DNA of 64,000 bases from Squalus acanthias (GCA_030390025.1 CM059432.1:136402001-136466000); one strand, 5' to 3'; shown: positions 12,889-27,731, counted from the stretch's first letter. Numbers and translations are program-made. The notes: generated by a model not told the origin, from the sequence alone.

Positions 12889-14613
12889 GGCTCGTTCACC
12901 TGTTTTCTTTGCGATGTTGGCAGTGGACAATTATCATCTTAAAATTACTCTGTGAATATTAGCGGAAGGCGTTGGTTTTAAATTCCTTTTTTCACTATTT
13001 TAACAGGGCTATAAATTCATTCAAAATACGTGGCTTAATTCTCCCATTAAAATAAATCAGTCAACGTCTGTTAAAATATCAGACAGCGGAATTTCACGCC
13101 AATACTTTTAAGCAGTGTCATTTCAAGGCCTTTTTTTTTAGGAACAGAATTTAAAAATAGTAATAAAGTGAAAACAAGAGGCAGATGCAGAGTAAAAAAG
13201 GTCAATTTGACCAGGGAAAGGGAGGGGACTGTAAAAATTGTGGCAAAGCTGGTTTAACAAGGTTTTGGGATTAACTGAAAGATGCGAGTCCTTTTACATG
13301 CTAATGTTAGTAAAGGTTCATTAAGACCACAGACTGGATCTATTCAGTCACCTCATTCCAGTGACAAAGGTGTCAGTTGAATTTTCATGTTGAGTTTAGG
13401 TTGGGAATGATCCTTTCAAATAAAAAGGGTGTTTTTATCTCTTCAAAAATTTTTTAAAATAAATTCCCTCAGTGCCGTTGAAATATTACGAAACATTCCC
13501 ACTCTTTTTGTTGAATTTTATTGTTCTGACCTTGAGGGGGAGGTGAGGAAACAGAGATTAGGACAGAAGGGAGCTACAAGAAGTGATATTTTCTTTACTT
13601 CACTTCAAAAGTGCCGCATTGGTTGCAAAGTGCTTTGGGACGTCCTGAGGTTGTGAAAGGTGCTCTCTAAATGAAAGTCTTTCCTTCTTTCTAATTGCCG
13701 ATTTTTTGTTGTTGCTAATAAACCTACAGAGATGACAATTGTTAATCCTTGATTTATGAATGTAGATCACAAATTACAGGACACAGAGCGAATTGATAGT
13801 CAATGTTCACCAAGACTGCTGCACATGAACTGACGCCAAACACGCGAAGGGTTTCTACCATACAACCTGTTTCTATGTTCTTAACCAATTCTGTATTTTT
13901 TCTAATTAATAGACTTCCAGATTTCAGTTTATCAGAGTTCAAGTGATGACTATAAACCACCAACCTTCACTCTTATAGATCATGACATCATCTGAACCCC
14001 TCCAATATATTGCAATCCCTATACCTGACTCCTATGTGTCTATCACTTCCTATATAAAATATAGTAGCTGTGATCCTCGCTGTCAGTCAGTAAAATCAAT
14101 CCCAATAGCACTGCTTTGCAAATTACATGATTTGTTTCTGGGAGCTTGTCCAACATGACACATCGATGTGGCAATACAAAAAAACCCAGAAAATCTTAAG
14201 AGATAATTTAACAACAGGTACAATAATTTGCGTTTCTACAGTGCCTTTGATGTAGCAAAACATTCCATGGCACTTCACAGGAACGTTATCAAAGCTTGGC
14301 CAAAGAGATAGGTATTAAGTAGCATCTTAAAGGAGAGAGTGGTAAAAATAATTGATTAAAATACATTTAAAGGTAGATGCTCCTAAAATTCATCTTAAAG
14401 GAGGAGAGAGAGTTAGAGAGGCAGAAAGGTTTAGGGAGGGAATTCCAGAGTTTAGGGCCTAGGCAGCTGAAGGCACGGCCGCCAATGGAGGGGGCAAAGG
14501 AAATCAGGGATGCTCAGGAGGCCACAATTGGAGGAACGCAGATATCTTGGAGGGTTGTAGGGCCATGGAGGGATTTGAACACCTCCTTTAGCTTCAAACC
14601 CATGGGTTATGAT

Positions 14614-14786
14614 CAATGTTCCTGTTAAACTGCGCTGCCGCGGCACTGCCACACAGCTGTCTGGAGGTCCCACGCAGGCTGCTTGCCGGCTTTACAATAG
14701 GAATAACTGCGCATACGTGGAAATTTGAATGGGCCGCGCAGCCCGTTAAAGGAGCCACGCACCCAAAAAAATTAAAGGGAACATTG
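14614..14786. mobile_element. Small hAT-type MITE; second copy at 24993-25155
   Basis: CAATGTTCC / GGAACATTG ends; flanks GTTATGAT / GTTATGGT (7/8 identical). Confidence 0.75.
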
Positions 14787-15312
14787 GTTATGGTGCCATT
14801 ATAATTCCTAAATATTTTACAATCTTGTAACCCACTGCAGGCTGTGTGCTATTGTACATCTAATTTTGTTACAATTGGTGTTGAGTGCTTTGTATGTATT
14901 TAATTCACATCTGTGTGAAACATTATTGTTTAATCCTAAAAGTGTACAAAGCCATGCAGACAGACGTCTGGGTCACCGCTATCTGGAGTGCAGCTTGTTG
15001 AAAACGAAATATATCTTTATGTCAATGAAAGGGTTATCATGTTGTAACCAGACAGTTCGGAACAGATATGAGGGCTGCTTCACATGACTACATGAGCATG
15101 GCCCTACCAACTTAAGAACAAACTCACCAAGATTAAGTTCACACTTTAGACTGTTGGCATGTCTGGGGAATTTCACTCTCAATGTGACAACCATTTTTTA
15201 ATGTTCAGCTTGCAGAAGATGTCACTGAAAGAAAAACTGATTGTACAGGAATTAATACTGCTCAAAGTGTCAGAACTGGTTTTCTTACTGTGATAATACC
15301 TATATGTCTTTA

Positions 15313-15921
15313 TTACAAAGAGATAGGAGTATAAGAGTAAAGAGGTCTTACTGTGATTATATAGGGCCTTGGTGAGACCACATCTGGAGTACTGTGTACA
15401 GTTTTAGTCTCCTTACCTAAGGAAGGATATACAGTACTTGCCTTAGAGGGAGTGCAACGAAGGTTCACTAGTCTGATTCCTGGGATGAGGGGATTGTTCC
15501 ATGAGGAGAGATTGAGTAGACTAGGCCTATATTCCCTAGAATTTAGAAGAATGAGAGGTGATCTCATTGGAACATATAAAATTCTTACAGGGCTTGACAG
15601 GGTAGATGCAGGGAGGATGTTTCCCCTGGCTGGGGAGTCTAGAACCAGGGGTCACAGTCTCAGAATAAGGGGTCGGCCATTCAAGACTGAGATGAGGAGA
15701 AATGTCTTCACTCAGAGGGTTGTGAATCTTTGGAATTCTCTACCCCAGAGGGCTGTGGATGCTCAGTCAATGAATAAATTCATAGGTAGATTTTTGGATA
15801 CTAAGGGAATCAAGGGATATGGGAATAGAGCGGGAAAGTGGAGTTGATGTAGAAGTTCAGCCATGATCTTATTAAATCAGGCTCGAGGGGCCAAATGGCC
15901 TTCTCCTGCTCCTATTTCTTA
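15313..15921 (+). mobile_element. CR1 LINE 3' fragment
   Basis: ORF 15452-15847 with SLEFRRMRGDLI...FTQRVVNLWNSLP; CR1-type tail. Confidence 0.9.
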
Positions 15922-16726
15922 AGTGATGTCAAAATAAATATTTAAAACCAACATAAAATAAAATTTCAAAAAATGGAACTTTACTTCTATTCAATGCTTT
16001 ATCTTTAATTCTCCCTATTTTCTTCTCCCAATATTTTTTCCTGGTTTTGTTCATTTAACTTTGATCTAATTTCTACATCCTAGAATATAATCTATTCTCT
16101 TCCTTCTTTCTGTTGTTTTAATGTGAAAGCGTTGTGCTTATTGCCTGTGTCTCCCAGGTCTGAGTATCCTTCTGAAGACGGGACACACTGGAAAGATTGA
16201 CTTGGATTGGCTGAAAATCAGCTGCAAACCCTTTCAGTCTTTTGCATCAGTTCATGTGCAGCAGTCTTGGTGATCACCGACTATCAATTCGCTCTGTGTC
16301 CTGTAATTTGTGATCTACATTCAAACATCAAGGAATAACAATTGTCATCTCTGTAGGTTTATTAGCCAAAAATAAAGCGGCTGATTGAGTGCCAGAAATC
16401 TAACCAGGTCAATCTTTAAGTGGCACATCAGAGAGGGCTGCCGCCGGATGAGTAATCTTGCTTGTAACACCAGCAACCCAAGTGCACCTGGATAGGACAA
16501 CTCATCTGTGCCAATGAAAGGGTCAAAAGTATTTTTAAATGGTTATTTCATTTTTTTTTAAATCATGGGATGAATCAGGTCGTCGATGTACTTGTAAAAT
16601 TCCATTTCGAACGCAATGAATGGGGAAGACCAATATAACTGAGCAGTGACACATCGCAGAGTGAAATCACTCGTTCAGAGCAACCAATTGAGTATTCGCT
16701 CTCTTTCTCTCTCTTTCCCTCTATAT

Positions 16727-17201
16727 GGGCTGGATTTTCAATGACCCATAGAGTCGGGTTTGGAGGCGTGTGGGGGGTTAAAGTTGCAGATTCGGGGGTC
16801 CCGACCCCATCCCGACTCCATTCCACCTCCACGCAATTTTGACAAAATCGGTCGCGGGGTTCCCGACTCCGTCCCACCTCCAAGAGGCGGGAGAGGCCAT
16901 TAAAGCCCTTAACAAGCCCTAACTTGGCTCTGTAATGCCATTTTGAAACGTTTTAGCTAGTTTAACCTTTTTCCGACGTGAAGTACGCCTGATGTGAAAC
17001 ACGCCAGTGAAACCTGGCGGGAGCACAAGTGGATAGCTGACTATCAGCTGCAGGTCCACTATTACAACGGAGATGTGATGAAGGTAGTAGTAGTATTGTG
17101 ATGAAGGTAGTAGTAGTATTAGGTCTGAAAGTCGCCTCTGATGCTGCCTGGGAGGACTTGGTTGCAAAAAAAATTCTCTCTCTCTCTCTCTCCCTCTCTC
17201 T

Positions 17202-17243
<42 letters not shown>

Positions 17244-17521
17244 TCTCTCTCTCTGAGATGCTGCTCATTTTGCATCCAGCTCCTCTCACAGCAAAGGCCA
17301 GGCAATCTCTGACAGTCAGTCTCTGACCTGCAATGATGACATCATCAGAGGCGACTTTCAGACTGAAAACACTAATTGGTTCATGGGTTCCCACATGCTG
17401 GAACTCAATTGCCCATATAAGTGAAAATTGCATCATTCATCCACATTAATCTGGAGTCGGGGGGGCAACACGAAATGCGGATCACACGACCCCAACCCGA
17501 CCCCAAGACAAAATCCAGCCC
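16727..17521. mobile_element. Harbinger-type MITE containing a (CT)n microsatellite
   Basis: TIR GGGCTGGATTTT / AAAATCCAGCCC identical to that of 54416-55027; (CT)n at ~17175-17253; short tandem duplication at ~17074-17120. Confidence 0.75.
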
Positions 17522-17939
17522 ATATCTGGGGGTAGAATTTCCATGGGGGTTCCAATTTCTGCTGGCGCTCCCCACTCTCCAGTACATAACTTCGGCAGAA
17601 GATCAACAGAAGTCCCAGAGAAATAATGTAGAAAGCCTTTTATGCCGCCTCTCTGGGGTTCCTGCTGATCTTCCGCTGAGGTTACAGCTGCAGATGGGAA
17701 GAATCTCTGTGGAAATTCCAGGTGATGATATATAAATTGATCTCCTGTGACGTTACACACAGGGTTGGGGGGTGATTTGACTATGTGTGATACTGTAAAA
17801 TAGGTGATAGCGAGTCGGCAGCCTGTTTTACATCTCTCCCCATTTTTATTGCTATTGATGTCAAAGTCAAAATTACGCCTAGGGAGTCAAAACCAAGTGC
17901 TCATCTAATGCCGGGTGAGAGGGTGGGGGATAATTTGAC

Positions 17940-18125
17940 CGAGGGGAAGAGGAAGGGTTGAGGCAGAGAGGGAGAGAAGATGGGAAGAGAAGATGGGAAG
18001 AGGAAGAGAAAGGCTGAGGAGGGAGGGGAAAGGGAGAGAGGAGGACCACAGGGGAAGGGGGAGAGGGATGGGAGTAGAGGGAAGGGAAGGTGCGATAGAG
18101 AGAGTAGACAGGAGGGGGAAGAAAA
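17940..18125 (+). repeat. Polypurine (GA-rich) low-complexity tract
   Basis: Almost exclusively G/A on the + strand. Confidence 0.8.
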
Positions 18126-18471
18126 GCCAGAAAACAATCTCAGGAGTGGTGCTGATCAATGCCAGTGAGGAAGGTATAAGATTCTGCATTTCTCAGTTCA
18201 TGTCATCATATAAAATCAGTGTGATGAGGGGCCCAAGAATTCTTTCAACCGGGATGGAGTTACTTGCCCTTTTTATCTGCTAGGGTCAGTGAATCCTCCC
18301 TGGGGTTTGGAGATAGTATCTGCCTGGTGGTAAATTTTACACTCGGCTGGTGGAATTGGTTTACTAACTAGGAGGAGATTAGTGAAAGTAAACGTGGGCC
18401 CATTAGAGGCAGAGACAGGAGAAATGATAGTGGACAATAAGGAAATGGCAGAGACATTAAACAAATACTTT

Positions 18472-19190
18472 GGGGGCTAAATTCGGTTTATTTGCGCCTC
18501 CCGTTAGTGCCTGAGGGCACTAACACAGCGCAAATCAACTAGCGCCTGGGCGTGGCGCCACTAACGCCTCCCGTGAAATTCAGCGGGAGGTTAGCGGCGG
18601 CGTTAACCGTTAGCACCGCGCAGCGCTGTGCCGCCGGCGATGACGTCATCGCCGTGTGCAGCGCCCCGCTCACGCCCCAGCTGTAATATTGGGTGGCTCC
18701 CCCGACTTACCGCCGGAAACTATGACTGCTGAGGTCAGGGGGGCCTACCTGCGGCCGGGGCGGCGCTCGTTAAAGGGGAGGTGGCGGACGGCCATTTTTG
18801 TTGCTGGCCACCTGCCAGCACCTGTCCTCGTTGCTGTCCCCGGTCCCTGTGAAGCCCCTCCGCGGGGTGTCAGCTACTCTCCATGAGCCCGGCACTCCTC
18901 TTGAGTGCCGGGCTTGTTTGCCGGCACTCCCGATCCCTGGTGGTCCAGCTAGGCGCCGGGACGCGCTGCGTAAGGCCCCTCCCCTTTAATAAGGGGAGGA
19001 AGACCTGCAGTACCTTGGCACGTAGCACCGTGATATTGGCTCGCTGCGCCCCAAGAGGGATGCGGGGAGCTTCCAGTAGCGCCCCTCCTCCCTCTCGGGG
19101 CGCTACCTTGGAAAATCGGCCGCGGGGGTGCTAACTTTTTCAGGGCGCTAAAGGTAGCGCCCAAAGGGGGCGCTACCCAATTTTTACCCC
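18472..19190. mobile_element. GC-rich Harbinger-type MITE inserted in CR1
   Basis: Ends GGGGGCTAAATT / AATTTTTACCCC with TTT on both sides; removing it restores CR1 sequence AACAAATACTTTGTATC. Confidence 0.8.
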
Positions 19191-19366
19191 TTTGTATCTG
19201 TCTTCACGGTAGAAGACACAAAAAACATTCTGGAAATAATGGGGAACCAAGGGTCTAGAGAGAATGAGGAACTTAAAGAAATCAGTATAAGTAAAGGCAT
19301 AGTACTGGAGAAATTAATGGGACTAAGTGGCAACAAATCCCCCTGAACCTGACGACGTGCATCCTA

Positions 19367-19988
19367 GGGGGAAAAATTCAGTATCGCCCCGTTTGGGGCG
19401 GCATTATCGGCCGTGCGCAAAGTTTAGCGCCTGGCGCTAATTATCGCCTCCGACTGCAAACTTGACTTTTATCGCCCCTGGAGGTGATTGGAGCGCTAAA
19501 TCAGGCGCTACACATCTGTCTTAAGGTGCAAAGGCCGAGGAGCGAGGCGCTACCTCAGAGCGCTGGCGAAGCTCATGTGATGTCAGTCAGCAATGGAACA
19601 CAGACACAATGGCGCAGGCCAGTTCTTAAAAGGGAGGGTCGATCTTGCTCTACATCCACATCCTGCTCATTGCAGCCTTGAATCTCGGCCTGGAGAGACC
19701 TGTATATCAAATCTGTTGGAAAGAACAATGGAGAGGCCCAGGGAAAGAGCTCAGATTGCAGCCCCCATATTCTCTTCTGAATCGATGCAAGGAAGATCAA
19801 ACCAGAAAGAACCTGCAAAGTGCTGCTCAGTACCCAAAACTCCTCAACACAGCTTTGAATATCTCCTGCAGTCTCTCTCTCTCACTCAGAATGCGTGGTG
19901 CAAAAATTTCGCCAACAAAAAAAGGCAGGAAGCGGTCGCCTTTAAATAGCGCTCCCCCAGTCCCTTCCTGACTGCAAAATTTTTCCCC
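19367..19988. mobile_element. Harbinger-type MITE inserted in CR1
   Basis: Ends GGGGGAAAAATT / AATTTTTCCCC with a likely CTA duplication; CR1 sequence resumes on both sides. Confidence 0.75.
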
Positions 19989-22900
19989 CTAAGGTTTTAA
20001 AAGAGGTAGCTGCAGAGATAGTAGATGCACTGGCATTAATCTTCCAGAATTCCCTGGATTCTAGAACTGTCCCCAAGGACTGGAAGGTAGCAAACATAAC
20101 CCCACTATTTAAGAAAGGAGGAAGTGAAAAAATGAGGAACTATAGGCCAGTTAGCCTGACATCAGTAGTCGGCAAAATGCTAGAATCTATTATTAGGGAC
20201 ATGGTAACAGGGCACTTAAAAAATTGTAATATGATTAGGCATTGTCAACATGGTTTTATGAAAGGGAAATCGTGTTTGATAAATCTGTTAGAGTTTTTGA
20301 AGATGTAACTAGTAGGATGGATAAGGGGGAACCAGTGGATGTATGGGCAATAAATGCTGGCCTTGCCAGCGACGCCCACATCCCATGAACGAATAAAAAA
20401 AATATGTAGTGTATTTGGATTTTCAAAAAGCATTTGATTAGGTGCCACATAAGAGGTTATTATACAAAACTAGGACTCATGGGATTGGGGGTAATATATT
20501 AGCATGGATTGAAGATTGGTTAATGGACAGAAAACAGAGAGTAGGAATAAACGGGACTTTTTTGGGTTGGCAGGCTGTAACTAGGGGGGTACTGCAAGGA
20601 TCAGTGCTTGGGCCTCAGCTTTTTAATATCTATTTTAATGACTAGATGAAGGGACTGAGTGTAACGTATCCAAGTTGCTGATGATACAAAGTTAGGTGGG
20701 AAAGTAAGCTGAGAGAAGGACACAAAGTGGCTGCAGAGAGATATAGACAGGTTGACTGAGTGGGCAAGAACATGACAAATGGAATACAATGTGGGGAAAT
20801 GTGAAGTTATCCACTTTGGTAGGAAAAACAAAAAAGCAGAATATTTTTTGAATGGTGAGAGACTGGGAAATGTTTGCATTCAGAGGGACCTGGGTGTCCT
20901 TGTACATGAATCACAGAAAGTTAACATGCAGTTACAGCAAGCAATTAGGAAAACAAATGGTATGTTAGCTTTTGTTACAAATGGATTAGAGTACAAGAGT
21001 AAAGAAGTCTTACTACAATTATACAGGGTATTGGTGAGGCCACACCTGGAGTACTGTGTACAGTTCTGATCTCCTTACCTAAGGAAAGACATACTTGCCT
21101 TGGAGGGAGTGCAATGAAGGTTCACTAGACTGAGGGGATTGCCCTATGAGGAGAGATTGAGTAGACTCGGCCTATATTCCCCAGAGTTTAGAAGAATGAG
21201 AGGTGATCTAATTGAAACATATAAAATTCTTAAGGGGCTTGACAGGGTTAATGCTGGGAAAATGTTTCCCCTGGCTGGGGAGTCTAGAACACGGGGTCAC
21301 AGTCTCAGAATAAGGGGTCGGCCATTTAGGACTGAGATGAGGAGAAATTTCTTCACTCAAAGGGTTGTGAATCTTTGGAATTCTCTACCCCAGAGAGCTG
21401 TGGATGCTCAGTCATTGAGTATATTCAAGACAGAAGTCAATAAATTTTTGGGAACTGAGGGAATTAAGGGATATGAGGAAGGTGGAGTTGAGGTAGAAGA
21501 TCAGCCATGATCTTATTGAATAGCGGAGCAACTCGAAGGGCGAAATGGCCTACTCCAGCTCTTATTTCTTATGTTCTTATGTTTTTATAATACTTTCCTT
21601 CAGTGGCAGTGCGAGGGTGAAGGAGGGTATTTTAAGCAGATATATTCTCTTAGAGAGGTGGGAGGGTCAGGTTTGGGAATTGTATCCGAGGGACACCAGC
21701 TAATTGAAAAGAGGGGTGGGCATCAACTAGGCCATTGGCAGAGTCCTGACAGCACGGGTTGAAGCACAGCCTCTACTGGTGGACTGGTAGGGAATAGGAA
21801 ACCAGCAAGGGGTCTATCAAGAGGGGAGGTTTGGCAATGAGTCAGGGAGAGGGCCAAATCCTGGCAACATTGTTTGGGGTGGGTGGGGGGTTATCAGCAG
21901 CTGAAGAGAGAAAGTGAGCTTCACAATTTGATCAGAGTCCAACCACGACAATACAACAAAATAACTTACAGTTATATAGCGCCTCTAACACAGTAGAATT
22001 TCCCAAGATACTTTGCAGGGGCATCATCGGACAAAGTTTGGCGCATAAAGAGATATTGAGACAGGTGACCAAAAGCTTGGTCAAATAGGTAGGTTTTAAG
22101 GAGAGACTTAAAGGAGGAGAGAGAGGTAGAGAGGTTTAGGGAGGGAATTCCAGAGCTTGGGGTCTAGACGGCTGAAGGCATAGCCGCCAATGGTGGAGCG
22201 ATGGAAATTGGGGATGCACAAAAGGCTAGAATTGGAGGAGCGCATAGATCTCAGAGGGTTATAGGGCTGGAGGAGGTTACAGAGATAGGGAGGGGTGAGG
22301 CCATAGAGGGATCTGAACACAAGGATGAGAATTTTAAAATCAAGGCATTGCTGGACCAGAAGACAATGTAAGTCAGCGAGCACAGGTGTGATGGATGAAA
22401 GAACAGCTGCTAACTGCAAACCAGCAAGGAGAAAAGATTCCACAGCAGACAGGGCAGGGTTGGTGATTGGCCTTGCAGGCAATCCCAGTGGGAGAATGGA
22501 CAGGGATTCAAACGTTCGAGTTCAATCACCGGGACTTTCTTCAGGGGTTGTCCTGATCGGTAGCTGTAACTTCAGAGGAAGATTGGCGGAAACCCTGGGT
22601 AGGGGACTAAACGGGGCTTCTGCTGATCTACCACCAAAGCTATGGCAGCCGCTAAGGAGAACCCCTGAGGAAATTCCCGGTGGATACCTGGCAAGGTCTG
22701 GGATGCACCTTGATACTCGTTCAGGAGAGCAGCAAAGGAGAAATAAATGAACAATAATTTCGTGAAACAATAAAAATAATGAGCGTTTATTAATGAAGAA
22801 TATGTTTTACATTCAAACATGGTGGTTACAGCACCCATATTGCTGCAGAGCTGGGCAGGGTCTGGAATGCCATGGAGCAAAAAAAGAACAATTTACAGTA

Positions 22901-24019
22901 TCAGTATTATTTCTTCCAAACTAAAGTTACGTGACTATCAATAAACATTGTGTAGCCAATATCACAGCACCACCCACGGGTACTGTAGGTAAGTGTGGAC
23001 ACTTTTTCAATGAAATTTCCCAATGAGGGTACTTGACATAGTAGATTTCAATGCATCTTTACATGGAATTTAGCATCCCAGGCAATTTTAATGTAAGTAT
23101 ATGCAAATCGGGTGAGAAGAAGTAGGGTGGGAGGAAGCTCGTGTGGAGCATAAACACCGGCATAGACCTGTTGGGCCGAATGGCCTGTTTCTGTGCTGTA
23201 AATTCTACGTAATAACAATGTCCCTCTTACAGGTTGTCCACGACCACCATTACATTAGCAAAATACTGCGGATGTTGGAAATCGGATTTTCTGGTTCTAT
23301 ACCACCATTACATTACCATGTCAGCTGATATGATAACAGAACACTTAGAGCACAGATTTCTTCACCAGCGCTGTTGGTGACTGATGTGAGAAAACCAGCC
23401 AGAGGGGGGCATAAGCCAAGCAAGGCTCGTTTGATGGTGCCAGTTTTCCCCCTTTGTTCTGTCTGTCCAAGATTGGAGCCCCCTCTTTTCCGCACCGTGC
23501 TTCACTCAGTGGTGCAACCGAACTGACGAAACCTGCCCGACGGAGGTGAGTGAGTTGGAGTGACAGACAGCCCCGTGACTCATAACCCTTTGGTTCAAAG
23601 TTAATTGCTCAACAGCTTGAGTTACCAGGCTGCCCGCTGTTTCTACACTTGTTTAATTTTCAAACAATCAAAAATCAGATTCTCATTATTACCCAGCAAC
23701 ATATGCTAACCTCATCAAAAAGCTTCTTGTATTTATTTAAATGAAAGCTGCAGTGTATTCCTGGAAGCACTCTTTATGTTTTCACACAAACAGTGCCATT
23801 TATTTTGTTTATTGTAAATTATGTTAACAGCAGCACCGCATTAGAATTCAGTGTGGGCGATAGGAGAGAATCGGTTATTCACCAACAAAACTATCATTAA
23901 AAACTGGTAACCCTTCACATTCGCCTTTCTCTGCTATTTTAACAGAAGCATTGACCCCTTTAAAATAAATGGATCAACAACTCCGCCAGAACAGCAGACA
24001 GAGGAATTTTAGAAGCTCT

Positions 24020-24278
24020 CTTTAAGATAATTGGCAAGTAGAACCAGAAGGGTTTTTGTTTTACGTAGCGAGCTGTTATGATCTGAAATGCTCTGCCTGA
24101 AAGGGCGGTGGAAGCAAATTCAAGAGTAACTTTCAAAAGGGACTTGGATAAATACTTGAAGGGGAAAATTTGCAGGGCTATGGGGAAAGAGCAGGGGGGA
24201 GTGGGACTAATTGGATAGCTCTTTCAAAGGCACGATAGGCCAAATGGCCTCCTTCTGTGCTGTACGATTTTATGATTA
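24020..24278 (+). mobile_element. CR1 LINE 3' fragment; short related tails at ~23110-23215 and ~41750-41850
   Basis: GCAGGGCTATGGGGAAAGAGC...GGCCAAATGGCCTCCTTCTGTGCTGTA tail. Confidence 0.7.
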
Positions 24279-27200
24279 AGTATTTGTACATTACCATCCT
24301 GTGGTTTCATCAAGGGCCTTAGCTTTTCGACTGATCTCCCTTTATACCAGCCTATACCTCTTTTATTAAGGTGAACTGTTGATGTGCATCATGGGGCTCC
24401 AGAGGAAATGTAAGCCCAGTATCCAGGTAAACTATTAAAAGAAAGAAATACTTGCATTTATATAGCACCATTCACAACCTCAGGACGTCCCAAAGTGTTT
24501 TACAGCCAATGAAGTACCTTTGAAGTGACGTCACTATTATAATGTAGGAAACGCAGCAGTCAATTTGTGTACAGCAAGCTCCCACAAATGGCAATGAGAT
24601 AAATGATCAGATAACTATTTTAGTGATGTTGGTACGAAGACAGATGATAAAGTAGGCGGCAGCAGTGAAGAAAATAAAGCAACAAAAATAGCACAATAAT
24701 AAGATTTTAACAGTGACAATCGCTGAATAATCACTGAATAAGATTCACTTCTGCTTTCAGGATCGCCCTAGCAACCCTGGACACCAGAGACCTGAAATTC
24801 CCCTGGTGTCCTCCCGCTATCTTTCACCGCCCAGCCCCTCCCCCCACCCCCCCCCCCCCCCGGTTCCCCCACTCCCGCCATTTACCTAAGGCCTCTTTCG
24901 CATCCTTGATTTTCATCGCTCCACCATTGGCGGACATGCATTCACCTGCCTAAGAAACTAAGCTCTGGAATTCCCTCCCTAAACCTCTCCACCAATGTTC
25001 ACATTAAGCTGCGGGGCCACACAACGATCTGGAGGTCCCGCGGAGCTGGCTCACTGGCTTTTAAATGGAAAACCCGCGCAGGCGCAGAAATGTGAAAGGG
25101 CCGTGCAGCCCGTTAAAGAGGGCCGCGCACCCAAAAAAAATTAGAGGGAACATTGCTCTCTCTACCTCTCCCTCCTCCTTCAAGACACTCCTCAAAACCT
25201 ACCTCTTTACCAAGCTTTTGGTCACCCGTCATGATATCTTCTTACGTGGCTTAGTATCAAATTTTAATTGATAATGCTCCTGTGAAGCGCCCTGGGACGT
25301 TTTTACTACATTAAAGGCGCTATGCAAATGCAAGTTGTTGTTGTTAATTTAGGTTGGCTACAGGTATGCAACTCTCCCCACCTGATTTACCACTCCATGC
25401 TGTGCCCACACAGTAGCTGCCTCTCGGTTGAAATGAATGGAACTCTTAACACGCGAGGCAAAAATAATTAGGATTCACAGTGGTTGACGAAACTGCAGAT
25501 GTATAAAATAATCTGGAACAATATTAGCTTTGCAAAATTGCAGCACCCACCAAAGCTGCTGATGCCATCTGTGGCCTGCTCGAGCTGTGGGACAGATGTC
25601 ACACTCTCTGCATCAAACCCAAATCAGTTCCCATTTTAAACGTCGTGTTTAAGGTAATTTTCATCTTGATTTTGAACATACTTGATTGTTTCAACGCTCA
25701 AATAACTGAAGCCTACTTAATCAAACGAATGAAACTCAAGGCGGGAAGAAAGTGTGTTTATCAAGCAACATCTACTTTAAACATGTGTTGCCAACATAAC
25801 ATGAATGTTTTACATTCAGGTATTACACACAGAGTGGAATAGACACATTTGTATGAATCTGATATCACTAAGTGGTTTTACTATACACATATAATGTTAC
25901 AGAAAATGCTTCTTGTTTAATTTGTTGTCAGGATGTGGGCGTTGCTGGCAAGGCCGGCATTTATTGCCCAGCCCTAGTTGCCTTGAGAAGGTGGTGGAGG
26001 GCCAGCTCCTTGAACCGCAGCAGCAGTTCTTGTGGTGAGGATATTCCCACGATGGAGTTAGATAGGGAATTCCAGGATATTGACCTAGTAAGGATGAAGG
26101 AATTTTTTAAATCATTCTGGGGATATGGGCATCGCTGGCAAGGCCAACATTTATTGCCCATTCTTAGTTGCTCTTGAGAAGGTGGTGGTGGGCCTTCTTC
26201 TTGAACCACTGCAGTCCCGTGTGGTGAAAGTACTCCCACAATGCTGTTAGGTAGGGAGTTCCAGGATTTTGATCCAGCGACAGCGGGATGGTGTGTGACC
26301 AATTTCCAATTGAATACTGGAAATCCTATCACTGGTTGCCATGTTTTGGGATGGTGTGTGACTTTGAGGGGAACTTGGAGGTGTTGGTGTTCCCATACAA
26401 CCGTTACCCTTGTCCAACCAGCTGGTGGAGATTGTGGGTTTGGGAGGTGCTGCCGAAGAAGCCTTGGCGAGTTGCTACAGTGCATCCTGTAGATAGTACA
26501 CACTGCAGCCACAGTGCGTCAGTGGTTGGAGGGAGCGAATGTTTAAGATGGTGATTGGGCTGCTGATCAAGCGGACTGTATTGTCCTGGATGGTGTCGAG
26601 CTTCTTGAGTGTTGTACAGCTGCACTCATCCAGGCAAGTGGAGAGTATTCCATCACACTCCTGACTTGTGCCTTGTAGGTGGTGGAGAGTCAGGAGGTGA
26701 GCCACTCACCTCTGTCTTGCTGAATGGCGGTATATGTCCAAATCAGGATGGCGTGTGACTTGAAGGAGAGCTTGGAGCTGATGGTGTTCCCATGACATTT
26801 CTACTCTTGTCCTTCTTAGTGGTGGAGGTCACAGGGGAGGAAAGTGCTACTGAAGTGACCTTGGTGAATTGCTGCAGTGCATCCTGTAGTTTGTATGTAC
26901 TGCAGCCACTGTGTGCTGGTGATGGAGTGGCTGGATCTTGAGTCCAATGGCAGGGGCAACAGGAGAGCAAACTGAATCAAAGTCAGTGATTGAAGAGAAT
27001 CTAACAGCCAGGTTCCTTCTTTTTTATAACCAATTTTATTTTGTGCTATAAAGACATATTTTCCACATTGACCAATTTTAGCAAAAAAAAAATTGATATA
27101 ACACAGGAAATAGCATCTAATGCTCATGTCTAAAATTTCACTAATATACCCCTTAACATCACATTGGAAATAACTAAACTTATTCGTCCGATTTTATTAT

Positions 27201-27731
27201 TATTGCTGTGTTATGTACAGCAGTGTTATAAATTCGAGTCTTACCTTGGATATGCCACGGTGCTAGTTACGCTCTCAAGAGATCTGTGCATCTTATATTT
27301 AGGAGTGGGCCTGTACTGCCCAATATCTAGCTATATGGTAGCGTAACCCAGGGGTGTAACAATAGGATACCATTGTGATTTGAAATGGATATTTACATCT
27401 TTTGCACGGACCTCTCCAATCATCTGTAAGATGGACTGAGAAAACACTGGCAAGTTGAGGCCGGATATGAATGATTAAGCTGCTATATTTCACAACGAGT
27501 CAACATACAGAGCAACAGTTGCAATCAGACTGACTTAATTCAACCAGTACGGGGAGGGGGGTGGAGGTCTTTATGTAATAATACAAAATGACGAATGCGC
27601 TACACGATCCCTCGTCAGTGTCTGACTTGACTTAAACAAAATAACTCCGAACTACCTACCGACATGCAAAACCTCTGAGCCTGGGCAAAGCTCGGCCTCA
27701 CAGCTTACTGTTTAAAAACTGACTAACTACC

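Larger units (their letters stand above)
18340..21580 (+). mobile_element. Degenerate 5'-truncated CR1 LINE with RT region and nested insertions
   Basis: RT-type peptides (HKRLLYK, QGSVLGPQLF, YNVGKCEVIHFG, YRVLVRPHLEYCVQF, FFTQRVVNLWNSLP); tail ATTTCTTATGTTCTTATGT. Confidence 0.92.

Noticed and set aside
16919..17436. RE-repeat ORFs
   Set aside because: Translation of a (CT)n microsatellite.
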